A stretch of DNA of 48,206 nt, from NCBI RefSeq assembly GCF_001194135.2, contig NC_069002.1:18334606-18382811 (forward strand), read 5' to 3'. Source of the DNA: Octopus bimaculoides. Taxonomy: Eukaryota. Both the position numbers and the translations under genes were made by a program. Shown here piece by piece: positions 1 to 11,896 of this stretch; position 1 is the first letter of the stretch, and every line of letters starts with the position of its first letter. A model generated the notes under the pieces. The model was not told the origin of the DNA, ran no database searches, and worked only from the letters and a program-made list of their open reading frames with translations.

Positions 1-54
1 TATATATATATATATATATATATCTGTAATATAATATGTGACAATTATTCGGTT

Positions 55-124
55 GCCATAATAAGACTCCGAGTTTCGGGTGTCGGGCAGAAATCTGTTC
101 CGGCATCTCGTCAGTTATCAAGGC
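55..124 (-). ncRNA. Type I hammerhead ribozyme (Penelope pLTR-like)
   Basis: Minus strand reads GCCTTGATAA-CTGACGA-stem II-GAAA-CTC-G-GAG-TC/TTATTATGGC. Core CUGANGA is at 114-108, GAAA at 77-74 and the GUC cleavage triplet at 67-65. Stem I pairs 9/10 (one G-U), stem III is ACTC/GAGT, and stem II is long and imperfect. Confidence 0.8.
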
Positions 125-443
125 AATCAAAAAATGCTATGAAAATAACCGTGAAACAAAGGGAAATTAATATCTAATTGACCGTTATTAAGACAAAAGA
201 GCTATTAGAATGACCTTCAAATAAGGGGAAAACCCGAGGGGGATAAAGTAAAATAGTAAAAAAGTAGAAATACAGATAGGAATCGGTATGTGGTGAAGCA
301 ATTTGCTGACCCCTAATTATAACCATGCTTATAATTATTGAATATTTGTACAATTTTTCCTATAAAGGTTATTTTAACGTACCGATCTACTTGGTAAAAT
401 TATTAATTAATTGATTGATTAATTAGTTAATTTAATTAATTAA

Positions 444-444
<1 letters not shown>

Positions 445-534
<90 letters not shown>
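445..534. repeat. (ATT)n microsatellite running into an N gap
   Basis: Direct reading of the sequence. Confidence 0.97.
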
Positions 535-851
535 NNNNNNNNNNNNNNNNNNNNNNNNNNNNNNNNNNNNNNNNNNNNNNNNNNNNNNNNNNNNNNNNNN
601 NNNNNNNNNNNNNNNNNNNNNNNNNNNNNNNNNNNNNNNNNNNNNNNNNNNNNNNNNNNNNNNNNNNNNNNNNNNNNNNNNNNNNNNNNNNNNNNNNNNN
701 NNNNNNNNNNNNATATATATATATATATATATAAAATATAATCAAATCGATTAAATCGATCGAAAATCAATTCTATTCAAAAATATAGCTAATCTTCAGG
801 TCAAAATACAACAACAATAATAATAAAATGAATGTACATTATCAATCTAGT

Positions 852-2140
852 TATAAATACCTGGGAATACTTGAGGCAGGTGAAATTGAATACAACAATA
901 CACTACGGCTACTGAGAAAAATATTGGTTTCAAAGCTGAATGCCAAAAACATAATTTCGGCAATAAACTTGTGCGAAGTTCGGTATGGCGCAAAAATCTT
1001 GAAGTGAATAGAGGAGAAGCTAAAGGAGATGGACGAAAGACAAGAATCTCCTAACGATGCATGGAGCCCATCATCAACGTGCAAATCGCCTATACATGAA
1101 GATAGCAAATGGAGGAAGGGGACTGATAAGTGAGGAAGTACGTATCGAACTCGAAAGCGTATTGAAATACCTAACCCAAAGTAAGGAATCCTTGCTAGTG
1201 ACAGTTAGGAACGAGAGAGTATTGAGAGCAGAGAAAACAACGAAAAAACAAAAGAAGTACAAAAAGGACATGAAGAAGCAATACGCAACAAGGCACTACA
1301 CAATCAATTCCATGTAGCCACGACAAAAGTTACTGAAAACCATAGGTGGGATTGATTGAAGAAAGGAACAATGAAAAAAGAGGCTGAGAGCACTATAGTG
1401 GCAGCGTATGACTAAGGGTTGGCCAGTAATTGGAGAGCCAGCCTGAGGAGTGAACAAGTGCCTCCGCCCTGCGCATCTGTAATAGAGTGGACGAAACCTT
1501 TGCCCATATCAGGAACGAATGCCCCATATTTGTCCAAAACCTCTACAAATTCTGGCGACACAATAAGGTAGAGAAAGTGCTACATTGGAAACTGTTCGAA
1601 AAGTGGGGTCTAGAGAGAGGCAAGACGTAGTATGAGCACAAACCGTAGAGAGTGGTGGTGTGGGAGACCAGCAAAAAACGTGTGGGAATTTCTTAATCCA
1701 AACAGATCAGGTGCTAGAGTATAACAGACCGGACCTAGTGGTGGTGGATAAGATGCACCACATGTGCTATATAGCTATGTTGCGTGCCCCTTTGAGCCAC
1801 GAATAATCAAGAAGGGAGGACGAAAAAAGACAGATAAATACAACACTCTTAAATACGCAATAACCCAGCTATGAAAAATGAAAAGGGCAAAATAGTGCCA
1901 ATTATTGTTGGGTCTTTGGGAACAGTATCAGAAGGCATCTAGAGGAATATAAAGGAAATTGAAATAAAGTGCTCAGTAGAACTGTTATAAAAGATTTGCT
2001 TCCTTGGCACGGCCACAATAATCAGGAAAGTATTAGATTACTGAAAAGAACAGATAGCATGGTACTATAGGCTGCAGGCAGCAAGCCAGTTACGCATGCA
2101 TGATACTAGGTGCTCCAAGAAAACCTGTGATAAAAAGAAA
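852..2140 (+). mobile_element. Degenerate R4/Dong-clade non-LTR retrotransposon, 3' part (end of RT, zinc knuckle, restriction-like endonuclease, 3' UTR)
   Basis: Manual translation gives YKYLGI (852), MHGAH..RLYM...GGRGLIS, a knuckle remnant ICNRVDETFAHIRNECP (~1470-1525), IQTDQVLEYNRPDLVVVDK (RPD 1726-1734) and VPIIVGSLGTVS...GTATIIRKVLDY* (stop ~2044). Many stops and frameshifts. Confidence 0.88.
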
Positions 2141-2142
2141 TG

Positions 2143-2178
2143 GTAATAATGACGATGATGATGATAATAATAATAATG

Positions 2179-2222
<44 letters not shown>

Positions 2223-2259
2223 GATGATGATAATAATAACGATGATGATGATGATGATG

Positions 2260-2312
<53 letters not shown>
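2143..2312. repeat. Compound (AAT)n/(GAT)n microsatellite at the 3' end of the R4/Dong element
   Basis: Direct reading of the sequence. Confidence 0.97.
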
Positions 2313-2315
<3 letters not shown>

Positions 2316-2739
2316 CCTGGAATAAGTTATTACAGTTTTGATGCGCTATTTTAGTGGGTGTAACTATGCCAGTGGTCAGACCCCAGTTGGAAGAGAATAA
2401 CAGATTTTGTGTAGTTTCATACGATTAAATGGATTTTGTGTTGTTTGGTATAGTGCATACGAAGTAGCGTCCTTGTTAAACGCATAACATTAGATGTAGA
2501 CAACAGCATTGGTTCCCCGACTGCTAAACAGCTCGCTCTCATGACTTTTGTCAGACTTATGCCTAAATCTGGGTACTTTATTTCTATTAGAGAGTTAAAC
2601 CAAGTAGAGGGTACCAACAATCTTGAAGGATTGCTGTACAGAAGTCATCAGCTCTTAAGTGCATGAAAACAATGGCAGCCACCAAAAAATAAATACCTCT
2701 TAATATCAATATTACTATAATTGGAACACTAATAGAAAC

Positions 2740-3180
2740 AAAATTCAAAATTACCTATTTTAACTTTATGCAATCTGGGAATGGTGAATGTGAAACTGAA
2801 ATTAGATGAAGAATAGAAATTGTAAGGAAAACATCTAAAAACACGTGAAAAGCTTCAACACCAAGGAATGTGCATATAGTAACAAAGAAACGGCCGTGTA
2901 AAGGTGGTACATACTATTATATGGTGCAGTAACATGTTCATTGATGAAAACTCTAACAAACTAGAAACTTCTGAAATATTGACTTCGACATTTATTAAAA
3001 TGAGGAAACATAGTAAGAGCAGATGGTATATAAAGACTATTACTAGAAGAAAATGTAATGGCAAATTCTCAAAAGGAGGACCAAGAACAAACTGGTTTGA
3101 TAACATGAAGGATTTGTAGTGGAGTCCATAAAGTTTAGCAAAGGAGTAGCGAGGAAGACTTAGTGAGCAAGTTAGAAGTA
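2740..3180 (+). mobile_element. Degenerate RTE-clade LINE 3' fragment
   Basis: Frameshifted translation NGECETEIR*RIEIVRK..., ILLYGA and NGKFSKGGPRTNWFDNMKD matches RTE C-terminal motifs (EIRRRI..A, LLYGCE.W, GKR.RGRPR..W.D). Confidence 0.7.
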
Positions 3181-4499
3181 GTTATTAGAAAAATCACCGT
3201 GATTAACGTGTTAACTGCAAGAAAGGTACTCAGCATGTTCCTCATTATGAAACACGAAACTTATGTTAAGAGACGTAAGGCGCGCATTTTGAGACACAAA
3301 GTCATTCGATGGTTTCGAGGGGTAAAAGTGTAACACAGTGACTAAGCCACATTCTGATCATTGACAGACTCTGATTAACACTATTTACAGCAGGTTTCTC
3401 TTGCCTCGTAGCAGCACTTTTCACAACTGCTAGTGAAGAATGTAATAGACCTTGGGGACTACCTTGTCAGATGATGCTGAATGCAGCAAAAAGCTGCTAT
3501 CTGAAGCTGTGATACGAATGGCGTTAAGAAGTTTTATAGGGGCAAATAAACCAGTCTGGAGGGTCTGACTTATGGACTTGTAAATATTTTCAGAAATATC
3601 TACTGCAACAGATAAGGACGTGAGAATTACCTCATCTGTGGACCAGTGAGTGATAGCGCCAAAGAGTTACCCCTATGGAAGCTGAGTACCTCAAGCCAAA
3701 CCAGCACTAACACCGGTGCATTAAGATCCTACTGAAAAAGAAACTGCCAATATTATTCATTACTAAAATCTAGATCAATATATAGTAAAATAGTGAAGTA
3801 GCAAACAAGGAATATTGATGTAATCCAGAATTAGAAGGCTGCTACTATAAAATAGATTTTCATCAATGTGTTGCTGAAATTGTTATTGTATAAGTATAGT
3901 ATGTCAAAAAGAAGATGAGATCAAGCTCAAGCCGATAGTAATAAAAGCTGTTCCATATCTTCGTTCTGCGAATCCCACTCCAAAAAGTTAGATTTATGCT
4001 AAATCAGCAGAATAGCTAAACCAGTAATAACAATGTGCTTCCAGTTTATAACGGTGAATCTGTAATAACATTGCAAAATCAACATCGTAAACTAAAGGGA
4101 GAATGGTAATCTGAAGAAAAAATGTTTGTGTTACTGATTATGGAGTCTTCTCCTTAAAAAAAATCGTTTACCTGTATTATACGTCTAAAATCTGGACTAT
4201 GTGTGTGTGTGTGGGAGGAGGTCTTTGAAGTGCTATTGTTTGCCACTGGTTTAAGATTTGTTCAGCGGATTAAAGATGCGTCAAAATATTGATAGAACAC
4301 CATACTTCCCAAAAGCAAAGACCCGAAGAAATGACGAAATTATTAAAGATAATTTGTACTGAAAACTTATATGACGAGAAGAATATTATTAGTTCAGTCG
4401 ACCCAGGTATATAACTGATTTTTATTTTATCAAACTGGAAAATATAAAAGGAATAGATAAAGTGGGATACGAATTCGCACTCCCAAAACCTATTATAAT

Positions 4500-6050
4500 C
4501 GTGAAGTGATGACAGCTGCGATCTTGTAAGTCTCATTGTATTAAACACATTGAGGTCTAAGTACCAATCCCACCACGTTGATCTATACTGAGATGATTGA
4601 TTGGGTATTTCTCATGACTTGATGATAAATTTAGATAAATTTAGAGAACAACTTACCTCTACCTTCAGTCAGCTAGGCCTTAAAATAACAGTCGCTACTA
4701 ATCTGTCTAAAGTCGACTTTTTAGATGTTTCCTTATACCTAACATTAGTAAGAGAGTATATAACCTTTCTTCCTCTAAAGACATTCGAAAAGGCAGCCTC
4801 CTAGCACAAAAATGTCCTAGCCAATAGTAGATTTAAGGATTAATCAATATATAACCCTCTAATGATAATACAAATAATAAAGATAGGTTTACAAATAGAT
4901 CTAGGAGAATAATTTGGTTCCTTCTTCCCTTTTCCCTTAATGTTAAAACCAACATAGGTAAAAAATTCTTAATTCTCTTAGACAAACATTTTCCAGGAAA
5001 ATCACAGCTGCAAAAACATATTCAATAAGTGCTCAGTTAAATTATCATATAGCTGCTGCCCGAATATGAAAAACATCACTACATGCAATTACCACCAAAA
5101 ACCTACTCCCAGGCGTAATTGTTGAGACAGGAACATGTCTACTCGACCAGGGAAGCATGATTAAACTCGTCATATATGAGGCAGAAGTTGCAGCAATTCT
5201 ATATGATAGCATAACCGAAAAGAAGAGCTACATCTGGCTTTTAAAGGCAACTTTAAAAATCGCTATGCTAACCACATATCTTCCTTCTGTCACAGGAACA
5301 AAAGTAAATTTATTAAGTTGGGTAGCCACGTATAGGTTTGAAGTTTAACGCCACGCAACATATAATAAAGTGGAAAATAGTTGAAAAGTCCAGCCATATG
5401 TCACCGGATATAAAGCAAAAGCGTAAGCTATGCGTTTCTGAATGAACACAAATCCTTTTCAGATCTAAGAACACTACTGCACTACTGAATTCCAGATCTG
5501 AAATTTTCAGCGTTTGTAAACATATATGTAAGTTCCTGATAGTGAATTGGAAAGTACCACTCTCTCTGGATTCAGTAGCTGTACCACAGATTCTAGGCCA
5601 CTATCTACTCAGCCTTATGACTTTATGTTCAAAGGAACAGAACTCTAATTCTACTTCCTTTCTTTTTTTCTGGTTTTCTTTTTCGTTTTCCGGTTTTTCA
5701 AGCTTCCACCTTTTTTCAAACTTCCACATTTTAGCATTTTCTCGTTTTTTCTTTCATCATATTATCCTGTTTTAGTTCTTGTGCTATATGGGCACAACCT
5801 GAGAAATGGGTGAAGGCAACAAATGTGTTTAAAAGATACTGTCTGAGATGTTTTCATCGCATGAAACTAATAATAGCTCATAAAAATATATATTGCGTTT
5901 ATTAAATAATATATATAAGAAATGTAACCACGAGCTGTTGACGATTCTTCCTTATTTTTCCTTCTTTCTCTTTGGACTTTGTTGTTTCCGACGTAGAGCT
6001 ATGCTCGAAAGGTTAACAACAAACCTTTTCTTTCACCGAGCGTCAAATTA
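4500..6050 (+). mobile_element. Penelope-like element (Naiad-like): RT C-terminal half, GIY-YIG endonuclease, 3' pLTR-like region
   Basis: VDLY*DD*LGI (YRDD equivalent, 4586-4597), LGLKITVATNLSKVDFLDVSL, RSRRIIWFLLPFSLNVKTNIGKKFLILLDKHFP, KLSYSCCPNMK, VIY..YI(G)..GNFKNRYANHISSF, IKWKIVEK, KLCVSE and LNSRSEIFSVCKH. Multiple stops and frameshifts. Confidence 0.88.
5978..6023 (+). ncRNA. Decayed hammerhead-like motif
   Basis: Stem I TTTGTTGTT (5978-5986) pairs 9/9 with AACAACAAA (6015-6023), and stem II GAGC-TAT-GCTC is followed by GAAA. The core is CCGACGT rather than CUGANGA, so it is probably inactive. Confidence 0.55.

Positions 6051-6051
<1 letters not shown>

Positions 6052-6121
<70 letters not shown>
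6052..6121. repeat. (CA)n microsatellite running into an N gap
   Basis: Direct reading of the sequence. Confidence 0.97.
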
Positions 6122-7615
6122 NNNNNNNNNNNNNNNNNNNNNNNNNNNNNNNNNNNNNNNNNNNNNNNNNNNNNNNNNNNNNNNNNNNNNNNNNNNNNNN
6201 NNNNNNNNNNNNNNNNNNNNNNNNNNNNNNNNNNNNNNNNNNNNNNNNNNNNNNNNNNNNNNNNNNNNNNNNNNNNNNNNNNNNNNNNNNNNNNNNNNNN
6301 NNNNNNNNNNNNNNNNNNNNNNNNNNNNNNNNNNNNNNNNNNNNNNNNNNNNNNNNNNNNNNNNNNNNNNNNNNNNNNNNNNNNNNNNNNNNNNNNNNNN
6401 NNNNNNNNNNNNNNNNNNNNNNNNNNNNNNNNNNNNNNNNNNNNNNNNNNNNNNNNNNNNNNNNNNNNNNNNNNNNNNNNNNNNNNNNNNNNNNNNNNNN
6501 NNNNNNNNNNNNNNNNNNNNNNNNNNNNNNNNNNNNNNNNNNNNNNNNNNNNNNNNNNNNNNNNNNNNNNNNNNNNNNNNNNNNNNNNNNNNNNNNNNNN
6601 NNNNNNNNNNNNNNNNNNNNNNNNNNNNNNNNNNNNNNNNNNNNNNNNNNNNNNNNNNNNNNNNNNNNNNNNNNNNNNNNNNNNNNNNNNNNNNNNNNNN
6701 NNNNNNNNNNNNNNNNNNNNNNNNNNNNNNNNNNNNNNNNNNNNNNNNNNNNNNNNNNNNNNNNNNNNNNNNNNNNNNNNNNNNNNNNNNNNNNNNNNNN
6801 NNNNNNNNNNNNTATATTTATATATATATATTTATATATAAACAATTACAGCGTGGAATATGTTTATAAGCCAGTTAAAAACACAAAAAAACCCCGTTAG
6901 ATTCACTTCAACATTTAAATTCAATTTGCCAAAATATTTTCGTCGCTTTGCGTCCGCGACCTGTTCACTGACAAAATTCAGTGCTGCATCTGAGAGAGAG
7001 AGTGATAGATAGATAGATAGATAGATAGATATATAGATAGATAGATAGATAGACAGACAGATAGATAGACACACACGTACATATAGTCATATATGTAGTA
7101 TGAATGTACACATATACTAATTCTAACAGGTTTAGAAAACACTTGAAGGCTCTTTTGTTGGTTGGTATGCAACCGAAGTGATCTATAAGTCAACCCGTTA
7201 AAAGTTTCCCTGTTATGTAATCCATACAAGAATACCACTTGTTGATGTCATTTAACTAGCAGACACAAACGGCTCACAGAGAAGAGAGATTTTTGAGAGT
7301 GGAAAATTGGTAGATGTAGATGCGTTGTGTGACGACATTTAAAAAAGATTATCATCCGTGTTAAAAATCGATTTGATTGGATCTTCTTAAATACAGATGA
7401 CTGTCAAATATTTGCATTACTCTTATTGACAGCACAAAGAAATTCAAAGGAAAAAAGCGAGACAAGATTTTTATTGGCCTTAGTGAATGGATGTTATAAT
7501 TAGAAACAAATAAGGAATAAAAATAAAAAATAACGCAAGCGAATTTGCTTCGTCTGGCTGCTTAGCATATTCTAACCCACACCACAGTGTGCACGCACAC
7601 ATGCGAGTGTGTGTG

Positions 7616-7669
<54 letters not shown>

Positions 7670-7699
7670 CCCGCATGTATGCGCTTAGATATATAGAGT

Positions 7700-8480
7700 T
7701 TGAAAGCAAAGTTATTTGCAGCGGAATAAGGCCTACAATGCCAACTATCTCTGCACCGTCATAGCTCCCATTGCCACGTCAAATGACTCGTTTCCATCCT
7801 TGTTTTACCCAGTAGGAATTATCAAGAAAAAGTAATGACTTCCTTGCGTTCATAATTATGTCAATATCGGTATTTGTTATAGTGATGTATGTTTTACTAT
7901 ATTCAAGTGCCTTCTTAAACAAGCTTTTGGGGATCGAGGGGTAGAACTCTACGATATTTAATTGTATAAATTTGCTTTTGGGTTTATCTTCTATTTTCTT
8001 AAACCATTCAATAGTTGCAGTACTGCAGATCCATTGGGTAAGAATTAAGCGTGATCTGATATGTCGTATAATGTTATCTAATATAGATTTACTAATAATT
8101 CCTATTTCACTTTTTGTGGGATTTATTAATCTACGGCTAGAATTTTGCGTGAAATTATTTTCATGGTCTTTCAGAGTTATAAAAAGATTTCGTGGGATAA
8201 GCTTTTCTACTTTGTCTTCCATTTTAAACCTTGTGGCTATATTAATTGAATTATAAATGGTGGGGGTTTGTGTTTCTTTTGTGTATGTTTTAATAATCTT
8301 GTCGGTTAGTAGTTTGTTGTGTAGTTGATTGTTTACTTCGTAAATACTTTTTGTTTCACCTGCTTTGATAAACATGTTCATTGATGTTTTGAAAGGTTCG
8401 ATGTATGTCTGTAATATGTGTTGGAACTTGTTGGATTTTTGATTGAGTTTTACATTTCTAACTAACTTTATACGAAAATC
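7700..8480 (-). mobile_element. Penelope-like element (Naiad-like): N-terminal half of RT
   Basis: ORF 7779-8381 contains FITLKDH, RLINPTKSEIGIISKSILD, IEWFKKI, FIQLNIVEFYPSI, ARKSLLF and WVK. After a frameshift it continues FDVAMG(s)YDGAEIVGIVGL to ~7700. Confidence 0.9.
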
Positions 8481-8699
8481 TGGGATACTCTCTGATATAA
8501 ATCTGAGCTCACTGTAGTTTCAGGTGGCAGGCCCAATTAGCCCTCCGTAGGGTCCAACGAAAATGTCCGCACGGAGTGCGGTCTTTAAGCTAGCGTATAT
8601 ATATATATATATATATATGGGAGAATGTACGAAAAAGCAACAGACGAGGACAGGTGGTGTAAACAACAAAAGGATGTATTAGTATGACGCTCGGGAATA

Positions 8700-8740
<41 letters not shown>

Positions 8741-9904
8741 TTCACGTGAATATGGTGCTTAAGCTTAGGCACTAGAATTTAGTATCCATACAATTTCAAA
8801 GTAAGGTGATTAAAATCAAAATAAGCGACAAGGATATCCAGAGTTAAAGCAGTACGATCGCTTCATGCAACTCCATTTAATTGAGCAATGTAATAATTAC
8901 ATCAATTTAAAATGCAGAGCAATCTTCAGCTGCACAAAGACAGAATTTAATTAAATTAGAACAGATGGACACATTAGTATAATAATACCTGAAATCTCCC
9001 AGAGGTTAGGGAGACAGATAGAGAACATCTTGCTTTATCCACACCATGGATTTTATTTGTCTTATTTTTAGTTTAGGTTTATAGACTATCATATCAAACC
9101 TTGTCTATCTAAAGCTTAAGAGAATAAAGGGCATTATCTATTAGGGGTAGAGGTAATAGAGCAGACAGAAATCATGGTTGGTATAGTCATAAACTCATGA
9201 GGTTTGGTAAAGGAAAACTTAAAACAAAATGTTGGCTGACAACTAAGGGGTCACCCAGTAGCAGACCATTGATAACGAAACAGGGGAAGTCTTATCGTGT
9301 AGTACTGTAGTTAAATGTTTTAAAACAATGTTGCTATATTGTATACAGATAAAGTGTAGGGCTATTCTGAGGGTTATTAATAAGAATATATTAACAAAAG
9401 GATAGAAATTTATGGATACTTTTGAGTATATACCAAACTTATACCACAATAGAGGGAGGAAAAGAAAAGAAAATTATTCAGAAATAGTTTAATATTTATA
9501 TATACTGCACACTTAAAAAACTAACTCATCATATGGTATCTGTGAATATTGATTAATAGGTATATACTGATATTAACAAAGGAATATTGAGGTAAAAGAA
9601 CATTCTATACATTAATAAAATTATATTCTAAGGAGTTTTTTTTATATATATGCAGTAAATATATCAGTATAGTTTAATATATGCTAAGTATGAATTAATA
9701 GAGATACAAAGATTTGCTTAATTTATTTATGAATAGATAAAGGCTAATTATAAATAAATAAAGAAATGAAATAAAATTATCGATTAGGGCAGAATACCAT
9801 AAAATAGTTGTGATTACCATTCCACAATCGTTGAAGGAAGAATCACAAATGGAAAGCTGCATGTAAAATAATGTGTGTGTACACACACACACACACACAC
9901 ACAG

Positions 9905-9937
<33 letters not shown>

Positions 9938-10199
9938 CGTACATACACACAGACATACAGAATGCATACATACTCACAGTTATAGTAAAGTTTTAGGGCA
10001 AATACATACGAATATGTTTTATAAAGAAGCATGTATATACGTATATATACATATAAACACAAATGAAATTATATGCCCCAATTTATACACGCACATTCAC
10101 TCTGTATATATTCAGGCACATATACTCACACATTCACCCATACTCACATATATACCATCACCATTATCACCCAGCCCTACTTATTACACAGATCGCCGT

Positions 10200-10428
10200 G
10201 ACCAGTAATCTTGAGTCTGTTCGGTCGGTCCGCCATTGCAAGTGGTAGGTCTTCTTAGGTGTACTCGGAGTCCTCGCACAGTCGCTCTATGTAGGTCTAC
10301 TAACATTCATGTATCCATGCGTTGGTTTTCAAAGAAGAACGTCGTTGAGGATCTCAACTTTTGCTCTCCACCAATGTCCAGCGAATCTTGCTCTTCTTTC
10401 TCTGATGAGCTGTAATATTGTTGGTGAA
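10200..10428 (-). mobile_element. RTE-clade LINE 3' fragment
   Basis: Translation [35 protein letters not shown]...RP matches the RTE C-terminal R.RRLRFAGH...LL.W.P.HG...GRP motif. Confidence 0.75.
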
Positions 10429-10531
10429 AACATATATACACACATATGAATATATATGTATACATATTCACACTTATATAAACACGTAAATACACATATA
10501 TACATACATATATAAATATACATGCACATAT

Positions 10532-10576
<45 letters not shown>

Positions 10577-11583
10577 CACGCGTGTACACACACCTTATGT
10601 TTTGATATGATTATTTTAGGTGACAGGAGGGGAGATGTGGTTATTCTACATTTTGGATGGATACAATTCATATGAAATATTTGATGCTCTGCAGTAAAGG
10701 TATAAGAACAAAATTAGTGTTTTTATTTATAAGCATAATCAAATCTGCCACCAATGTTACCTCGTATTAAATGTCGTTTTAGTTTTATTAACATTGTTTT
10801 CCTTTATATTTTCCGTTTTATTTTGCTTTCGTTTACAACTTGGCTTTTTGATTATACTTTTAAACCAGATTTACTTCAGTATAAAGACAAAACAAAATAA
10901 AAGATGGATTCTCCTTTGGCATATGTGTCTGTATAATAAACTTCCCCCTGACATGTGTGTCTGTATGTGTTTGTATGTGCATGTGTGTGAGTGTGTGTAT
11001 GTTTGAGTTAGTGCGTGTGTCTGTGTGTGTGTCTATGTTTGTGTGTGCGAGTATGTTGTTTCTGCGAGGATTTTGCTGTTTGTTTTATTATGTTTTGCTT
11101 TATCAATCCCAGCGTAATGACAGATTTCACGAAATGTCACGAACACTTTTCAGATTTCAGGTTTGTGCAATGACACGAGAATAACAAACTGATATTATTG
11201 ATAGGAGCCGTTGGTAACTAATTTCTATGAAAGATACAATTAACAGTTAACATTTCTTTAAAATTACAAAGTTGAACCATTAATGTAAATAAACACTAAT
11301 TTTTTTATCGAAATAAATAGAGATGAACACAGAAAAAACAAAACAAAAAAAACACGAGGTTAAAAGCAAGTGGTAAACTATGTTCTTTATTTTTTACAAT
11401 ATAGAATACATAATGTAGCTATATTATAAATGAGAGAAAATGGTATAATAAAATTCCAGTTAAAATATCGAGGAAATGTTAAATGCTGTTGATATAGAAA
11501 TAAGTTATCTATTAAATGAAAGTGTGGCAGATTTCTGAGGAGAGAAAATTATGACTGAAGTGATTTTGTGATAAATAAAACAA

Positions 11584-11631
<48 letters not shown>

Positions 11632-11808
11632 NNNNNNNNNNNNNNNNNNNNNNNNNNNNNNNNNNNNNNNNNNNNNNNNNNNNNNNNNNNNNNNNNNNNN
11701 NNNNNNNNNNNNNNNNNNNNNNNNNNNNNNNNNNNNNNNNNNNNNNNNNNNNNNNNNNNNNNNNNNNNNNNNNNNNNNNNNNNNNNNNNNNNNNNNNNNN
11801 NNNNNNNN

Positions 11809-11857
<49 letters not shown>

Positions 11858-11896
11858 ATATAATTATGTATGCACAAGCATGACATATATATGTAG

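Noticed and set aside
2445-3660. Met-less open frames of 70-80 codons (2445-2665 +, 3440-3660 -)
   Set aside because: No recognisable motif, weak or ambiguous splice sites, and located among TE debris.
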